Assembly: GCA_944387395.1 (NCBI GenBank)
Contig: CALXEU010000066.1
Span: forward strand, 1 to 54,185
Direction: 5' to 3'
DNA length: 54,185 nucleotides
Source: an uncultured Clostridia bacterium
GTDB lineage: Bacteria > Bacillota > Clostridia > TANB77 > CAG-508
Shown: one piece after another, positions 20,927 to 31,960 of the stretch
How positions within the stretch are numbered: position 1 is the stretch's first letter
Layout: every line of letters begins with the position of its first letter
Position numbers and translations under genes: made by a program
Notes under the pieces: generated by a model
Seen by the model: the letters and a program-made list of their open reading frames with translations, nothing else
What the model was told of the DNA's origin: nothing
Databases searched by the model: none

Positions 20927-22309
20927 ATGGAGACTATAAAAGATTTATATAAAAATCAGGAAAAATATATTAACACAGATGTTGAAGTTGCAGGATGGGT
21001 TAGAACTGTTAGAGATTCTAAAACATTTGGATTTATAGAAATGAATGATGGTTCGTTTTTTAATAATCTTCAAATTGTGTTTGGAAACGAATTAGAAAAC
21101 TTTTCAGAAATTTGCAAATTAACAATTAGTTCAACAATAATTGTTAAAGGTACAATTGTAAAAACAGAAAATGCTAAACAGCCTTTTGAACTTCATGCAA
21201 AATCTATTGAGATATTTAATTTATCAGATAGTAGCTATCCTCTTCAAAAGAAAAGACATAGCTTTGAATATTTAAGAACAGTTGCTCATCTTCGTCCAAG
21301 AACAAATACTTTTTCTGCAATTTTTAGAATTAGAAGTGTTGCAGCATTTGCAATACATGAATATTTTCAATCAAACGGATATGTATATGTAAATACTCCA
21401 ATCATAACTTGTGCAGACTGTGAAGGTTCTGCTGAAATGTTTAAATTAACTACATTAGACTTAGACAAACCTCTTCCTCAAAAAGATGGAAAAACAGATT
21501 TTTCTAATGATTTATTTGGTAAAAAGGCTTACATTACAGGTTCTGGACAATTACATGGAGAAACTTTTGCAAGTGCCTTTGGAAAAATATATACCTTTGG
21601 TCCAACTCTTCGTTCAGAAGATTCTAATACTAAAACTCATGCAAACGAATTTTGGATGGTTGAACCTGAAATTTCTTTTTGTGATTTAGATGGACTTATG
21701 GATATTGAAGAAGATTTTCTAAAGTTTGTAGTAAAAGAAGTTCTAGATAAATGTCCTGAAGAAATAGATTTTTGTGATAAATTTATTCAAAATGGTCTTA
21801 AGGAAAAGCTAACAAAATTATTAGACTCAAATTTTGTAAGAATAGATCATCATGATGTTATCGATATTTTGAAAAAAGCAGATAGAAACTGGGAATTTAA
21901 ACCTGAATATGATGGTGATTTAGCAAAAGAACATGAAAAATATATTACAGAATATTTTAACGGCCCTGTTTTTGTTAAAAACTGGCCTAAGGATATAAAA
22001 TCTTATTATATGAAGGTAAATCCTGACGGAAAAACTGTTGCCGGTGTAGACTTAGAAGTTCCTGGAGCTGGCGAAATTATGGGTGGTTCTCAAAGAGAGG
22101 AAAATTATGATACATTAGTAGCTCGTATGAAAGAAATGGGAATTGCAGAAGAACCATTATATTGGTATTTGGAACTTAGAAAATATGGTTCAAATATCCA
22201 CTCTGGTTTTGGACTAGGTTTTGAACGTTTACTTATGTATATTACAGGTATGGAAAACATTAGAGATGTTATTCCTTATCCAAGAACTCCAAATAATTGT
22301 GATTTTTAA
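20927..22309 (+). CDS. asnS: Asparagine--tRNA ligase
   Basis: HLRPRTN, EFWMVEPE, GEIMGGSQRE, GFGLGFER, IPYPRTP. Confidence 0.97.
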   Translation: METIKDLYKNQEKYINTDVEVAGWVRTVRDSKTFGFIEMNDGSFFNNLQIVFGNELENFSEICKLTISSTIIVKGTIVKTENAKQPFELHAKSIEIFNLSDSSYPLQKKRHSFEYLRTVAHLRPRTNTFSAIFRIRSVAAFAIHEYFQSNGYVYVNTPIITCADCEGSAEMFKLTTLDLDKPLPQKDGKTDFSNDLFGKKAYITGSGQLHGETFASAFGKIYTFGPTLRSEDSNTKTHANEFWMVEPEISFCDLDGLMDIEEDFLKFVVKEVLDKCPEEIDFCDKFIQNGLKEKLTKLLDSNFVRIDHHDVIDILKKADRNWEFKPEYDGDLAKEHEKYITEYFNGPVFVKNWPKDIKSYYMKVNPDGKTVAGVDLEVPGAGEIMGGSQREENYDTLVARMKEMGIAEEPLYWYLELRKYGSNIHSGFGLGFERLLMYITGMENIRDVIPYPRTPNNCDF

Positions 22310-22334
22310 TTACATTTATAAATAAATAAATAAA

Positions 22335-22380
22335 GATAAACTCATCATATATTATTACATTTACGATGAGTTTATTTTTT
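22335..22380. terminator. Terminator between asnS and the convergent ATPase gene
   Basis: ATAAACTCATC / GATGAGTTTAT followed by a T-tract. Confidence 0.75.
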
Positions 22381-22409
22381 ACTTTTTATTTTAGCAACAT
22401 AATAATTCA

Positions 22410-23699
22410 TTATGGTTTTAATGCTGTAATTGGTAATACATATACTCCATCCGGTCTTTTTACAACTGCATCATATAATCCACAAATTACACACATAAAT
22501 TTTGGTTTAACTTCAGCTAAATCATAAAATTTTTTCAAACTTGCAACAGCTTCTTCTTCTTTATTTGCTCCTAATTTAATTTCAATTGCTCCATATTCAC
22601 CATCTGCAATCTCTATTATTGCGTCTACTTCTATTCCAGTATTATTTTCTCTATAGTGATATAATTTTGCGCCTATACTTTCTGCATAAATTCTTAAATC
22701 TCTTTCGCATAATGCTTCAAAATACAATCCAAATGTTTCCAGGTCATTTATTAGTTTTTCTGGAGTAATATTTAGAATTGCACATCCTAAAGAAGGATCT
22801 ACAAAATGTCTTTTAGGATTCTTTCCAACATTTAATCTTGAGCGTATTTTATACATAAAAGAATTTTGATTTTCTATTAAATGTAACCTATTTAGCACAT
22901 TTAGATAATCTGTAACCGTATTTCTACTGATAGTCAAATCTTCATCTGTTACGTTATCATCAATATCTTTTATAAGTAAATTATTACTAGAGATTGTACT
23001 TTCATTTCTTGCAAGTGACCTTAAAAGCATTTCCATTTTTTCTTTGTCTCTTTTAATTCCATCTATTTCAATAATATCTTTATCTAAAACAGCATCTATA
23101 TAACTCTTGGTTATTTTCATTGCTCCTGCTACACTTATGTTAATAGCCTCTGGCCATCCACCCCTTACTATTAACTCTGCTAATTTTTTTAATTCAGCCT
23201 TATCCACACGTTTGTTTACAACTTTGTTTTCGAATAAATCCTTTAATGATACATCTCCACTAGAGTCTCCCGATTCAAATAAAGACATTGTATACATTTT
23301 CATTTTACATATTCTGCCTGCTCCAGAATGATGTATTTTATCACTTACAGGAACACTTGAACCTGTTAAAATATATTTACCTTTTTTATTATCTTGATCA
23401 CATTTAAATCTTACTGCGTCCCATATTAATGGTACTTCTTGCCATTCATCAATAAGCTCTGGTTTGTCTTTATCTAAAACTAAGTTAACATCCATTTCTG
23501 CTAAATGTTTTTCTCTGAAATTATCTGCCGTATTATTTAAATATGCTACACTGCTTGCGTGGTTTAAAGCTGTCCAAGTTTTTCCACACCATTTTGGACC
23601 CTCAATACTAATTGCTCCAAACACTTCTAAATTTTCTTCTATATTTTTATCTATTAATCTTGGTATATAACCTTTTTTAGTTAATTTCATCAAACTCAC
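22410..23699 (-). CDS. AAA_14/DUF4143-type ATPase with C-terminal PD-(D/E)xK-like domain
   Basis: GPKWCGKT, LIDEWQ, ILTGS, GGWP, EVDAIIE...IEIK. Confidence 0.88.
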   Translation of the reverse strand: MSLMKLTKKGYIPRLIDKNIEENLEVFGAISIEGPKWCGKTWTALNHASSVAYLNNTADNFREKHLAEMDVNLVLDKDKPELIDEWQEVPLIWDAVRFKCDQDNKKGKYILTGSSVPVSDKIHHSGAGRICKMKMYTMSLFESGDSSGDVSLKDLFENKVVNKRVDKAELKKLAELIVRGGWPEAINISVAGAMKITKSYIDAVLDKDIIEIDGIKRDKEKMEMLLRSLARNESTISSNNLLIKDIDDNVTDEDLTISRNTVTDYLNVLNRLHLIENQNSFMYKIRSRLNVGKNPKRHFVDPSLGCAILNITPEKLINDLETFGLYFEALCERDLRIYAESIGAKLYHYRENNTGIEVDAIIEIADGEYGAIEIKLGANKEEEAVASLKKFYDLAEVKPKFMCVICGLYDAVVKRPDGVYVLPITALKP

Positions 23700-23708
23700 C
23701 TCTTTTTT

Positions 23709-23737
23709 AGAATATCATATTTTTTTATTTTATGCAA
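23709..23737 (-). promoter_or_regulatory. Promoter of the AAA/DUF4143 gene
   Basis: TTGCAT-17 nt-TATTCT with TG extension. Confidence 0.55.
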
Positions 23738-23740
23738 TAT

Positions 23741-23822
23741 TTGTTGTGCAATTTTTAACGGTTTTATTGTGCAACTTTTTGTAATTTTGTTGTGCAATTT
23801 TTAACGGTTTTGTTGTGCAATT
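23741..23822. repeat. Array of four 23-bp-period direct repeats with core TTGTGCAA
   Basis: TTGTGCAA at 23744, 23767, 23790 and 23813; units 1 and 3 are identical. Confidence 0.9.
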
Positions 23823-23870
23823 ATCTAAAAATTTCTATATCTTATTTTTTCTATTAATATATATTAGAGT

Positions 23871-24662
23871 TTATCCTTTTAATTTCTGCCTTACATATTC
23901 ATACAGCATTATACCTGTTGCAACAGATGCATTTAAACTTTCTGTTTTTCCTAACATTGGGATTTTTACTTTATAATCTGCTACATCTTGAACTTCTTTA
24001 GTAACTCCATTTGCCTCATTACCAATAACAATCACTTTTTTCTTATAGTCCAAATCATAAATACTATTTTCTGTATCTAAAGATGTAACAACCACCTTAT
24101 ACTTATTTTTCTTTATTTCTTTTAATGTTTTTGCCAGGTTTTCCGCTTCTATAACTTTCACTCTAAATATAGCCCCCATTGTAGATCTTACTACTTTAGG
24201 ATTGTATACATCTGCTGTATTTTTTGTTACAATAATCTGCTTTAAATTTATGCTATCTGCTGTTCTTAGTATTGTTCCTAAGTTACCAGGATCTTGTATT
24301 CCATCTAAAGCCAAAATAATATCATCTTCAAATAGAATTTTATTATCATTTCCTTTTTTTTCAACAACTGCAAGTATTCCTTGAGGGGCAACAACATCTG
24401 TTAACGTATCAAATATTTTTTTATTTACATATATGCAATTAAATTTTGCAATTTCATACAAAAGACTTTGCGATATTGAACCTGTTTCAACACATTCTTC
24501 GCATATTACAATTTTATTTATTTTTGCATTTTCAGATATTGCTTCTTCTATTAACTTTATCCCCTCAATTACATACAGTCCTGTTTCATCACGATATTTC
24601 TTTTCTTTTAATTTTTTTATATTCTTAACTACTTCATTATCTTTGCTAGTAATTACTTGCAT
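23871..24662 (-). CDS. TrmH/SpoU family RNA methyltransferase
   Basis: IQDPGNLGTILRTA, GNEANG, IPM...ESLNASVA. Confidence 0.93.
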   Translation of the reverse strand: MQVITSKDNEVVKNIKKLKEKKYRDETGLYVIEGIKLIEEAISENAKINKIVICEECVETGSISQSLLYEIAKFNCIYVNKKIFDTLTDVVAPQGILAVVEKKGNDNKILFEDDIILALDGIQDPGNLGTILRTADSINLKQIIVTKNTADVYNPKVVRSTMGAIFRVKVIEAENLAKTLKEIKKNKYKVVVTSLDTENSIYDLDYKKKVIVIGNEANGVTKEVQDVADYKVKIPMLGKTESLNASVATGIMLYEYVRQKLKG

Positions 24663-24680
24663 TTACTAATTTCCTTTCTT

Positions 24681-27600
24681 TTAAACATTCTCCTTAACTG
24701 CAATAAAATTTAAAAGTTCCTTTATACTTTCTACTACTTTTCTCTCATCTTTTTTGTTTATTTTTAATGTGATATATGCTTCAACTCCAGCAGAAAATCT
24801 TAATTCGTTTCCATATTTTTGTAATAGTTTAGAAATTATATTTTGATCTAAATTAATCATATCTTTATCTAAATTAAATATAACTGAACACTCTTTTTGT
24901 GTTACTTTAATAACACCTGCATTTTTAGCAAGGATTTTTATTCTTGCAACTTCAAGTAAATTTTCTACTTCCACAGGCATAGTTCCATATCTATCAATAA
25001 TTTCATCTGTTACATCTTCAATATCTTTTTCATTTTTGCATAAAGCTATGTCTTGATAAATTTCTATCTTTTGTGCTGAATCTTCAATATAGCTTTCTGG
25101 AATATAACTTGATAAGTTAATATCAATTTGAACATCCTTCTCTTCTTTTACAGTTATTCCTTGCATTTCTTTAACTACTTCATCTAGCAATTTGCAATAA
25201 GTATCATAACCAACCTGTTCCATGTGTCCAGATTGTATTTCTCCAAGAAGGCTTCCTGCTCCTCTTATTTCCAGATCTCTCATTGCTATTTTAAACCCAG
25301 AACCAAACTCTGTAAATTCTTTTATTGCCTTTAATCTTTTATCTGCAACTTCTGAAAGTAGTTTATCCCTTCTATAAGTTATATATGCATATCCTTGTCT
25401 ATCTGATCTTCCAACTCTTCCTCTAATTTGGTATAGCTGAGCTAATCCTAATCTATCTGCATTCTCTACAATTATTGTGTTCGCATTTGGTATATCTATA
25501 CCAGATTCTAAAATTGTTGTACATAAAAGCACATCTATTTTATGTTCTATAAAATCTTGCATAATTGCTTCAATTTCTGCACCTGTCATTTTTCCATGTG
25601 CAAATTCGACTTTTGCTTCTGGAACAAGCTTAGAGATATCTAAAGCCTTTTTTATTATTTGTTCAACATTATTAAATAAATAAAATACCTGTCCATTTCT
25701 TTCTAGCTCTTTGGTTATAGCTTCTTTTATTACTTCTTCATCATATTCAAGCACGTAAGTTTGAACTGGCTTTCTATTCTGTGGAGGCTCATATATAACA
25801 GACATATCTCTTATTCCAACAATTGACATATGAAGTGTTCTTGGTATTGGAGTTGCCGTCATTGTTAAAACATCTATTGTTTCTTTTAATTTTTTTATTT
25901 TTTCCTTATCTTTTACTCCAAATCTATGTTCTTCATCTATTATAAGTAGTCCCAAATCTTTAAATTCCACATCTTTACTAAGAAGTCTATGTGTTCCAAC
26001 AACTATATCTACTTCTCCTAATTTTAATTTCTTTATTACTTGTTCTTGCTCTTTTTTAGTTTTAAATCTATTTAGAAGTTCTACTTTTATTGCAAACTCT
26101 TCCATTCTTGATTTAAACTCTTCATACTGCTGATTTGCAAGTATTGTTGTTGGTACAAGGTATGCTACTTGTTTTTGATCCATTACAGCTTTAAAAGCTG
26201 CTCTTATTGCAATTTCTGTTTTACCATATCCAACATCCCCACATAAAAGTCTATCCATAGGTTTTGGTGATTCCATATCTTTTTTAACTTCATCAATACA
26301 TCTTAATTGGTCATCTGTTTCATTATATGGGAAATTATCTTCAAATTGTTTTTGCCATGGTGTATCTTTTGAAAACATAAAACCTTTTGCACTTCTTCTT
26401 TTTGCATATAATTCTATCAAATCCTTTGCTACTTCACGTAAATTCTTTTTTACTCTTGCCTTTGTATTTTCCCATTCTTTACTTCCTAGTTTGTTTAGTT
26501 TAGGCTCTGCTTCTCCTCCACCAACATATTTTCTAATGTTATCAAGCATTTCTGTTGGTACATATAATACATCATCGTTTTTATATTTTACTTTTATATA
26601 ATCTTTTGTAATATTATCTCCTGTTGTAATAGTATTTACTCCAATGTAAATTCCTATTCCTTGAGTTTTATGTACAACATAATCTCCGGGCTCTTAAATC
26701 TGCAAAAACAACTTTTTCTCCTTGTTTAAATGCATCTGTATTCTTTCTTTTTTTCTGTTCACCATTTATAAACTCATCACCAGTAATTACAAGCAAGTCC
26801 ATATCATAATTTTCAAATCCTGAAGATAATGTTCCATTTGAAATAATAACATTCTTATTTTTTAAATTTTCTTCTATCGGATTTTGATATATTTTTTCTT
26901 CTTGTTCTTCTAGTTTTGGAACATATTTGTATTTAATATCTTCCTGTTCTAATAGATTTTCGACCTTTTTTGCTCCTGCTTCATTACCAGCAAGTACAAT
27001 AATATTTTTATTTGCATTTAATGCATTTTTTATTTCTTTCGTTAAAATATTTAATTCTGATTTAAAGAAATGCATATCTCTATATTTAAAATTAAATACA
27101 TTCTTAGAAACAATAGTTGTTTTATCTTCAAATAAATCTGTTTCATTTAAGTAGACTAATTGTCTATTTTTTTGATTTTCTATATCTATCGTTGAAATAT
27201 TTTTTATAGAATCCGGAACTTTTCTTTGTTTCTCTATTAAATTTTTTATTAATAAATTGTTTTCGTTTATTATATTATTTTGTCTTGCAGATATTTTACT
27301 TATATCGTCTAAATAAACAATATAGTCTTCATTTATAAAATCAAGAAAAGTAGCTTGTTTATCATAAAAACTATTAAAGTATTTATCTATTTTACTAATA
27401 TAATTACCAGATTTAATTGCTTCTATGTCTTCTGTGTTTTCTTCTCCAATTTTTTCGCATATTTTTTCTATATCATTTGTTATAATTAATTCATGAGATG
27501 GATATATTTTAGCTTCTTCTAGCATTTGGTTTGATCTTTGTGATGTTATACTAAAACTTCTTATGGAATCTACTTCATCTCCCCAGAATTCTATTCTATA

Positions 27601-28176
27601 TCCTTGAGTTTTAGTAATTCCAATATCTAATATTCCGCCTCTTATGCTAAATTGCCCTTTTCCATCTACTATGTCCGATCTTTCATATCCTATATTTACT
27701 AGGGATTTTTTTAGTTCTTCTAGACTAAAATTTTTTCCTACTTTAAATTCTAGTATTGTTTTATAAATATCATCTTTACAAATCATCTTTTGCATTAAGG
27801 CTTCTATTGTTGTTATTACTATTATTTTTTCTTTTCTACCTTCTTGCTCAAATATTTTATTTAATGTTTCAATTCTTTCATATGGTAAATCTTTACTTTC
27901 TGCATCAAAGTCATAAGGAGCAATTTCTCTTTTTGGAAAATATAATACATTATTTGTAAAATATTTTAAGTCCTTTTCTATTCTCTTTGCTTGTATTTCA
28001 TTATAAGTAATTAATAAAATATTTCTATTACTAAATTCTCTCGTTGATTCTATAAATTGAATTTTTCCAACGCTAGATAAGCCCGAAATAACTTGCGGAC
28101 TTATTTTTTTATTTATATTTGTTATGTATTCAGAAAACTTTGGTAATTTTCCTAACTTTTCAATTAGAATATTCAT
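24681..28176 (-). CDS. mfd: Transcription-repair coupling factor Mfd, split into ORFs 28176-26668 and 26549-24681 by a +1 frame change at 26688
   Basis: UvrB-like N-half (RIEFWGDEVDSIRSF); helicase half (GDVGYGKT, DEEH, QIRGRVGR). Skipping one base restores DLRAGDYVVH and gives 1164 aa. Confidence 0.92.
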
Positions 28177-28177
28177 T

Positions 28178-28435
28178 TTATAAACTATACTCTTCCTTTA
28201 ATTTTTCTAATGCTCTTGCAATTTGATCAGGGCATGATGTATTTTTGAATCCACATTTTATACCTTTTAATTTTGTGATAACCTCATCAATATCCATTCC
28301 TTTTACCAAACTTGCAATGCCTTGTAAATTTCCATTACAACCATTAATAACTTTTAAGTTTTTTATTATTCTATTTTCTATTTCTACAATGATTTGTGTA
28401 GAACAAACCCCTTGTGGTGTATATTTGTATTCCAT
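28178..28435 (-). CDS. TIGR03905-like TSCPD domain protein
   Basis: GVCS, GCNGNLQG, GIKCG..TSCPDQ. Confidence 0.88.
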   Translation of the reverse strand: MEYKYTPQGVCSTQIIVEIENRIIKNLKVINGCNGNLQGIASLVKGMDIDEVITKLKGIKCGFKNTSCPDQIARALEKLKEEYSL

Positions 28436-28532
28436 ATTTTTCTTCCTTTATTATGCTTTATAGAAATTATATTCTTTATAATACACCATTTTTCCTAAAA
28501 AAGCAATATTTGTTTGCATCTTTACATAATGT

Positions 28533-28570
28533 AAAAGCAGTAGAAATTTACAAATTCTACTGCTTCTTTT
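28533..28570 (-). terminator. Terminator after ftsH and the hypothetical gene
   Basis: AAGCAGTAGAA / TTCTACTGCTT stem with flanking A/T tracts. Confidence 0.75.
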
Positions 28571-28573
28571 AGT

Positions 28574-28915
28574 TTATTTTCTAGATTGTTTCCATCTGTC
28601 TAATTTTATATCTCTATAAATATCCATTACATCTCTGTACTTAGGATATTCATCTTCCCAAATCATTGATGGTATTTTCTCAAATGCATCTGATATTTTC
28701 TCTGTTTCACTTAGGAAAATGATTTTTTCTTGTGGAGACATCCTGTTGTATTTCTTAGAAAACACATATAGTTTATCTAAATTTTCGTTAGCTTTTATAA
28801 ATGACCAAAAGTCTTTTACTTCTATTCCTGCCATTTGTATTTGCATTACTGCAAATGCTATAAGTGAAAATATTATAAATATTAATACTAATATTACAAC
28901 TATAAACGCTTCCAC
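28574..28915 (-). CDS. Hypothetical membrane-anchored protein
   Basis: GTG start with SD GAAAGGA; N-terminal hydrophobic helix. Confidence 0.75.
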   Translation of the reverse strand: MEAFIVVILVLIFIIFSLIAFAVMQIQMAGIEVKDFWSFIKANENLDKLYVFSKKYNRMSPQEKIIFLSETEKISDAFEKIPSMIWEDEYPKYRDVMDIYRDIKLDRWKQSRK

Positions 28916-28977
28916 ATTTATTTCCTTTCTTCATTTAAAGTTCTTTAATACTAAATTAAAATAGTAATATTTATATT

Positions 28978-30783
28978 TTAGTCATTAAAGATTGCTTCAA
29001 ACTCATCTCCAGTTATTTTTTCTTTTTCTAATAGTACTTTTGCAACACTATGAAGTTTTCCTTCATGTTCTCTTAATATTTGTATTGCTTGATTATAGCA
29101 AGTGTCTATTATTTTTTTCATTTCTTCGTCTATAACTCCAGCAGTTTCTTCAGAATATGTTTTTTCCTGTGCAAAATCTCTTCCTAAGAATACTTCTTCT
29201 TGTGAAGATCCTAATGTAATTGTTCCTAAACGTGAGCTCATTCCGTATTTTGTTACCATTGATTTTGCAATTTTAGTTGCTCTTTCTATATCATTACTTG
29301 CTCCTGTAGAAATATCATCTAATATTAATGCCTCTGAAGCTCTACCTCCTAATAATGATACAATTTGTTCTAGCATTTCTGTTCTAGACATAAATGATTT
29401 ATCTTCTGTTGGTCTATACATAGTATATCCACCAGCCATTCCTCTTGGAACTATTGAAATTTCATGGACTGCATCTTGTGTTGGTAAAAATCTACTTACA
29501 ACTGCATGACCTGCTTCATGATATGCAACTAAACGTTTTTCTTTTTCGCTTCTTACTCTTGTTGTTTTTTCTGGTCCCATTGTAACTTTAACCATTGCAT
29601 CTTCTATTTCACGTTCACCTATTTGTTTTAAATTTCTTCTTGCAGCAAGTAGTGCAGCTTCATTTAATACATTTTCTAAATCTGCTCCAGAAAATCCTGC
29701 TGTATTTTTAGCAATTATATTTAAGTCAACATCTTCTGCTAATTTTTTCTTTTTTTCTTGTACTTCTAATATTTGCTCTCTTGCTCTTACATCTGGAAGT
29801 GATACTACTATTTGTCTCTCAAATCTTCCTGGTCTTAAAAGAGCTTTATCTAATACATCTGGTCTGTTTGTTGCAGCAAGGACTATTACCCCTTCATTTG
29901 CAGCAAAACCATCCATCTCAACTAGTAATTGGTTTAGAGTTTGCTCTCTTTCGTCGTGGCCTCCTCCAAGTCCTGCTCCTCTTTGACGTCCAACTGCATC
30001 TATTTCATCAATAAATACTATACAAGGCGCTCTCTTTTTAGCTTCCTCAAATAGATCTCTAACTCTTGATGCACCAACACCAACAAACATTTCAACAAAG
30101 TCTGATCCACTTATTATAAAAAATGGTACTCCTGCTTCTCCAGCTACTGCTTTTGCTAGAAGTGTTTTACCTGTTCCTGGTTGACCTACTAAGAGTACTC
30201 CTTTTGGTATATGTGCTCCCATCTCTGTAAATTTAGTTGGATTTTTTAAGAATTCTACTATTTCTTCTAATTCTTCTTTTTCTTCATCTACACCAGCTAC
30301 ATCGTCAAACGTAACTCTGTTTTTATCTGTTGGATTCAAGACTCTTGCTTTACTCTTTCCAAAAGTCATTGTCTTTCCTCCAGCTTGGTTGTTTATACCT
30401 CCCATTAGGAATGACCAGAATATGAAGAATATAATAAGTATTCCAACAGGTGTTAGTAATGTTAAAGCAACAGCCCATAGTGACTCTGATTTTTCACTAA
30501 CTGTAATTTCTCCTGCAACCATTTCTTCTTGAACATTATCTAGCAGATTATTTACACTAGGAATGTTTACTCTTTTTTCCAAATTATCATTTTTTAATTT
30601 TACACTAGCAGAATATCCATCCGCTTCTAATTCAATTTTTTCTACTTCTCCAGCTTCGATCTTCTCTATTAATTCTGAGTAATCTAATTTTGTGTTAGCA
30701 TTGTCTAATATCGAAGATATTGCTACCATTAATATTATTCCTATAATTAGCCATATTGCTAATGTTTTTATACTTTTTTTCAA
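28978..30783 (-). CDS. ftsH: ATP-dependent zinc metalloprotease FtsH
   Basis: Two TM segments, [27 protein letters not shown]. Confidence 0.97.
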   Translation of the reverse strand: MKKSIKTLAIWLIIGIILMVAISSILDNANTKLDYSELIEKIEAGEVEKIELEADGYSASVKLKNDNLEKRVNIPSVNNLLDNVQEEMVAGEITVSEKSESLWAVALTLLTPVGILIIFFIFWSFLMGGINNQAGGKTMTFGKSKARVLNPTDKNRVTFDDVAGVDEEKEELEEIVEFLKNPTKFTEMGAHIPKGVLLVGQPGTGKTLLAKAVAGEAGVPFFIISGSDFVEMFVGVGASRVRDLFEEAKKRAPCIVFIDEIDAVGRQRGAGLGGGHDEREQTLNQLLVEMDGFAANEGVIVLAATNRPDVLDKALLRPGRFERQIVVSLPDVRAREQILEVQEKKKKLAEDVDLNIIAKNTAGFSGADLENVLNEAALLAARRNLKQIGEREIEDAMVKVTMGPEKTTRVRSEKEKRLVAYHEAGHAVVSRFLPTQDAVHEISIVPRGMAGGYTMYRPTEDKSFMSRTEMLEQIVSLLGGRASEALILDDISTGASNDIERATKIAKSMVTKYGMSSRLGTITLGSSQEEVFLGRDFAQEKTYSEETAGVIDEEMKKIIDTCYNQAIQILREHEGKLHSVAKVLLEKEKITGDEFEAIFND

Positions 30784-30920
30784 GAAAATTCCTCCTTTGC
30801 TTTATGCAATTAATAAAAAATTCGTATAATATTACATATTATCACATATTGCAATATATCACACAATTTACTTATTTTCAATAGTTTATATAAATCTTTT
30901 ATATTATTGGTTTAATATTA

Positions 30921-31916
30921 TTAATTATTCTTTATTACACTAATTTCTATTTGTTTGTTTTTTATAAAAACCTTTGTATTTTTATTAGGTGTCAAATACT
31001 TGTTTCCAATATTATTGCTACATAATTTTATTATATCTTCTATATGTTTTTTTTCAATTCCTTTAGTAGAGCCAAATAATTCTTTTATAGTATGCATAAT
31101 TATTTTAGATTTTATTATATAATCAAGATTATTAAATTTTTTTAAATTTAAAATAATTTTATTTATGTCTTTACTAACTAATATTTCATTATATATATTA
31201 TAAACTTGCTTCTCTACATATAGCTCTTCTTCTGTAATTAATTCTGATAATCTATTGATTGTTTCTATTATATTTGGATTAAAGTTTTTTTGTATATATG
31301 GAATTAATTCATTTCTAATTTTATTTCTAGTATATGTGTTGTCGTCATTTGTTTTATCATATTTTGGATTTAAATTATTTATCCTACAGTATTCTTCTAT
31401 TTCTTCTCTACTACATTTTATTAATGGTCTTATGTACTTGCCTTGGGAATATGGCTTTATTCCACACAAACCAGATATTCCGCTTCCTCTTAAAAGATGC
31501 ATTAGTACTGTTTCACAGTTGTCCTTAAGATTATGCGCTATTGCAATTTTGTTTGCATTAACCTTTTGAGCTATTTCATCAAACATTTTATAACGTTCAT
31601 TTCTTCCTGCTTCTTCTGTTCCTATTTTCTGTTCTAGTGCGACTTTTTCAATGTCTACATATTTAATAAAACATCTTATTTTTTTACTATTACAATATTC
31701 TTTAACATATTCTGTTTCACTATTTGCTTCTTTTCTTATCATGTGATTTAGATGTGCAACGATAAGTTCCTTAATTTTTAATTCACCTTTAAGATTAATT
31801 AAGTTATCTAATAAACACATTGAATCAGGTCCACCGGAAACTGCTACTACTATTGTATCTTGTTCTTGTATTAAATTATATTTTTTTATTGTATCTTTAA
31901 TTACATCAGTAATCAT
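30921..31916 (-). CDS. tilS: tRNA(Ile)-lysidine synthetase (short form)
   Basis: VAVSGGPDS PP-loop, IAH, IRPL, RNKIR; upstream of ftsH. Confidence 0.94.
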   Translation of the reverse strand: MITDVIKDTIKKYNLIQEQDTIVVAVSGGPDSMCLLDNLINLKGELKIKELIVAHLNHMIRKEANSETEYVKEYCNSKKIRCFIKYVDIEKVALEQKIGTEEAGRNERYKMFDEIAQKVNANKIAIAHNLKDNCETVLMHLLRGSGISGLCGIKPYSQGKYIRPLIKCSREEIEEYCRINNLNPKYDKTNDDNTYTRNKIRNELIPYIQKNFNPNIIETINRLSELITEEELYVEKQVYNIYNEILVSKDINKIILNLKKFNNLDYIIKSKIIMHTIKELFGSTKGIEKKHIEDIIKLCSNNIGNKYLTPNKNTKVFIKNKQIEISVIKNN

Positions 31917-31960
31917 TTACGTTATAGTTCCTTTCTCGTAAGCCTCTTATTTTTTTTATT

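Noticed and set aside
23741..23822. CRISPR interpretation of the 23-bp array
   Set aside because: Period too short, spacers 1 and 3 identical, no cas genes nearby
26686..26688. Simple sense reassignment of CGG to another amino acid
   Set aside because: Reassignment would not change frame; at both sites similarity continues only in the +1 frame
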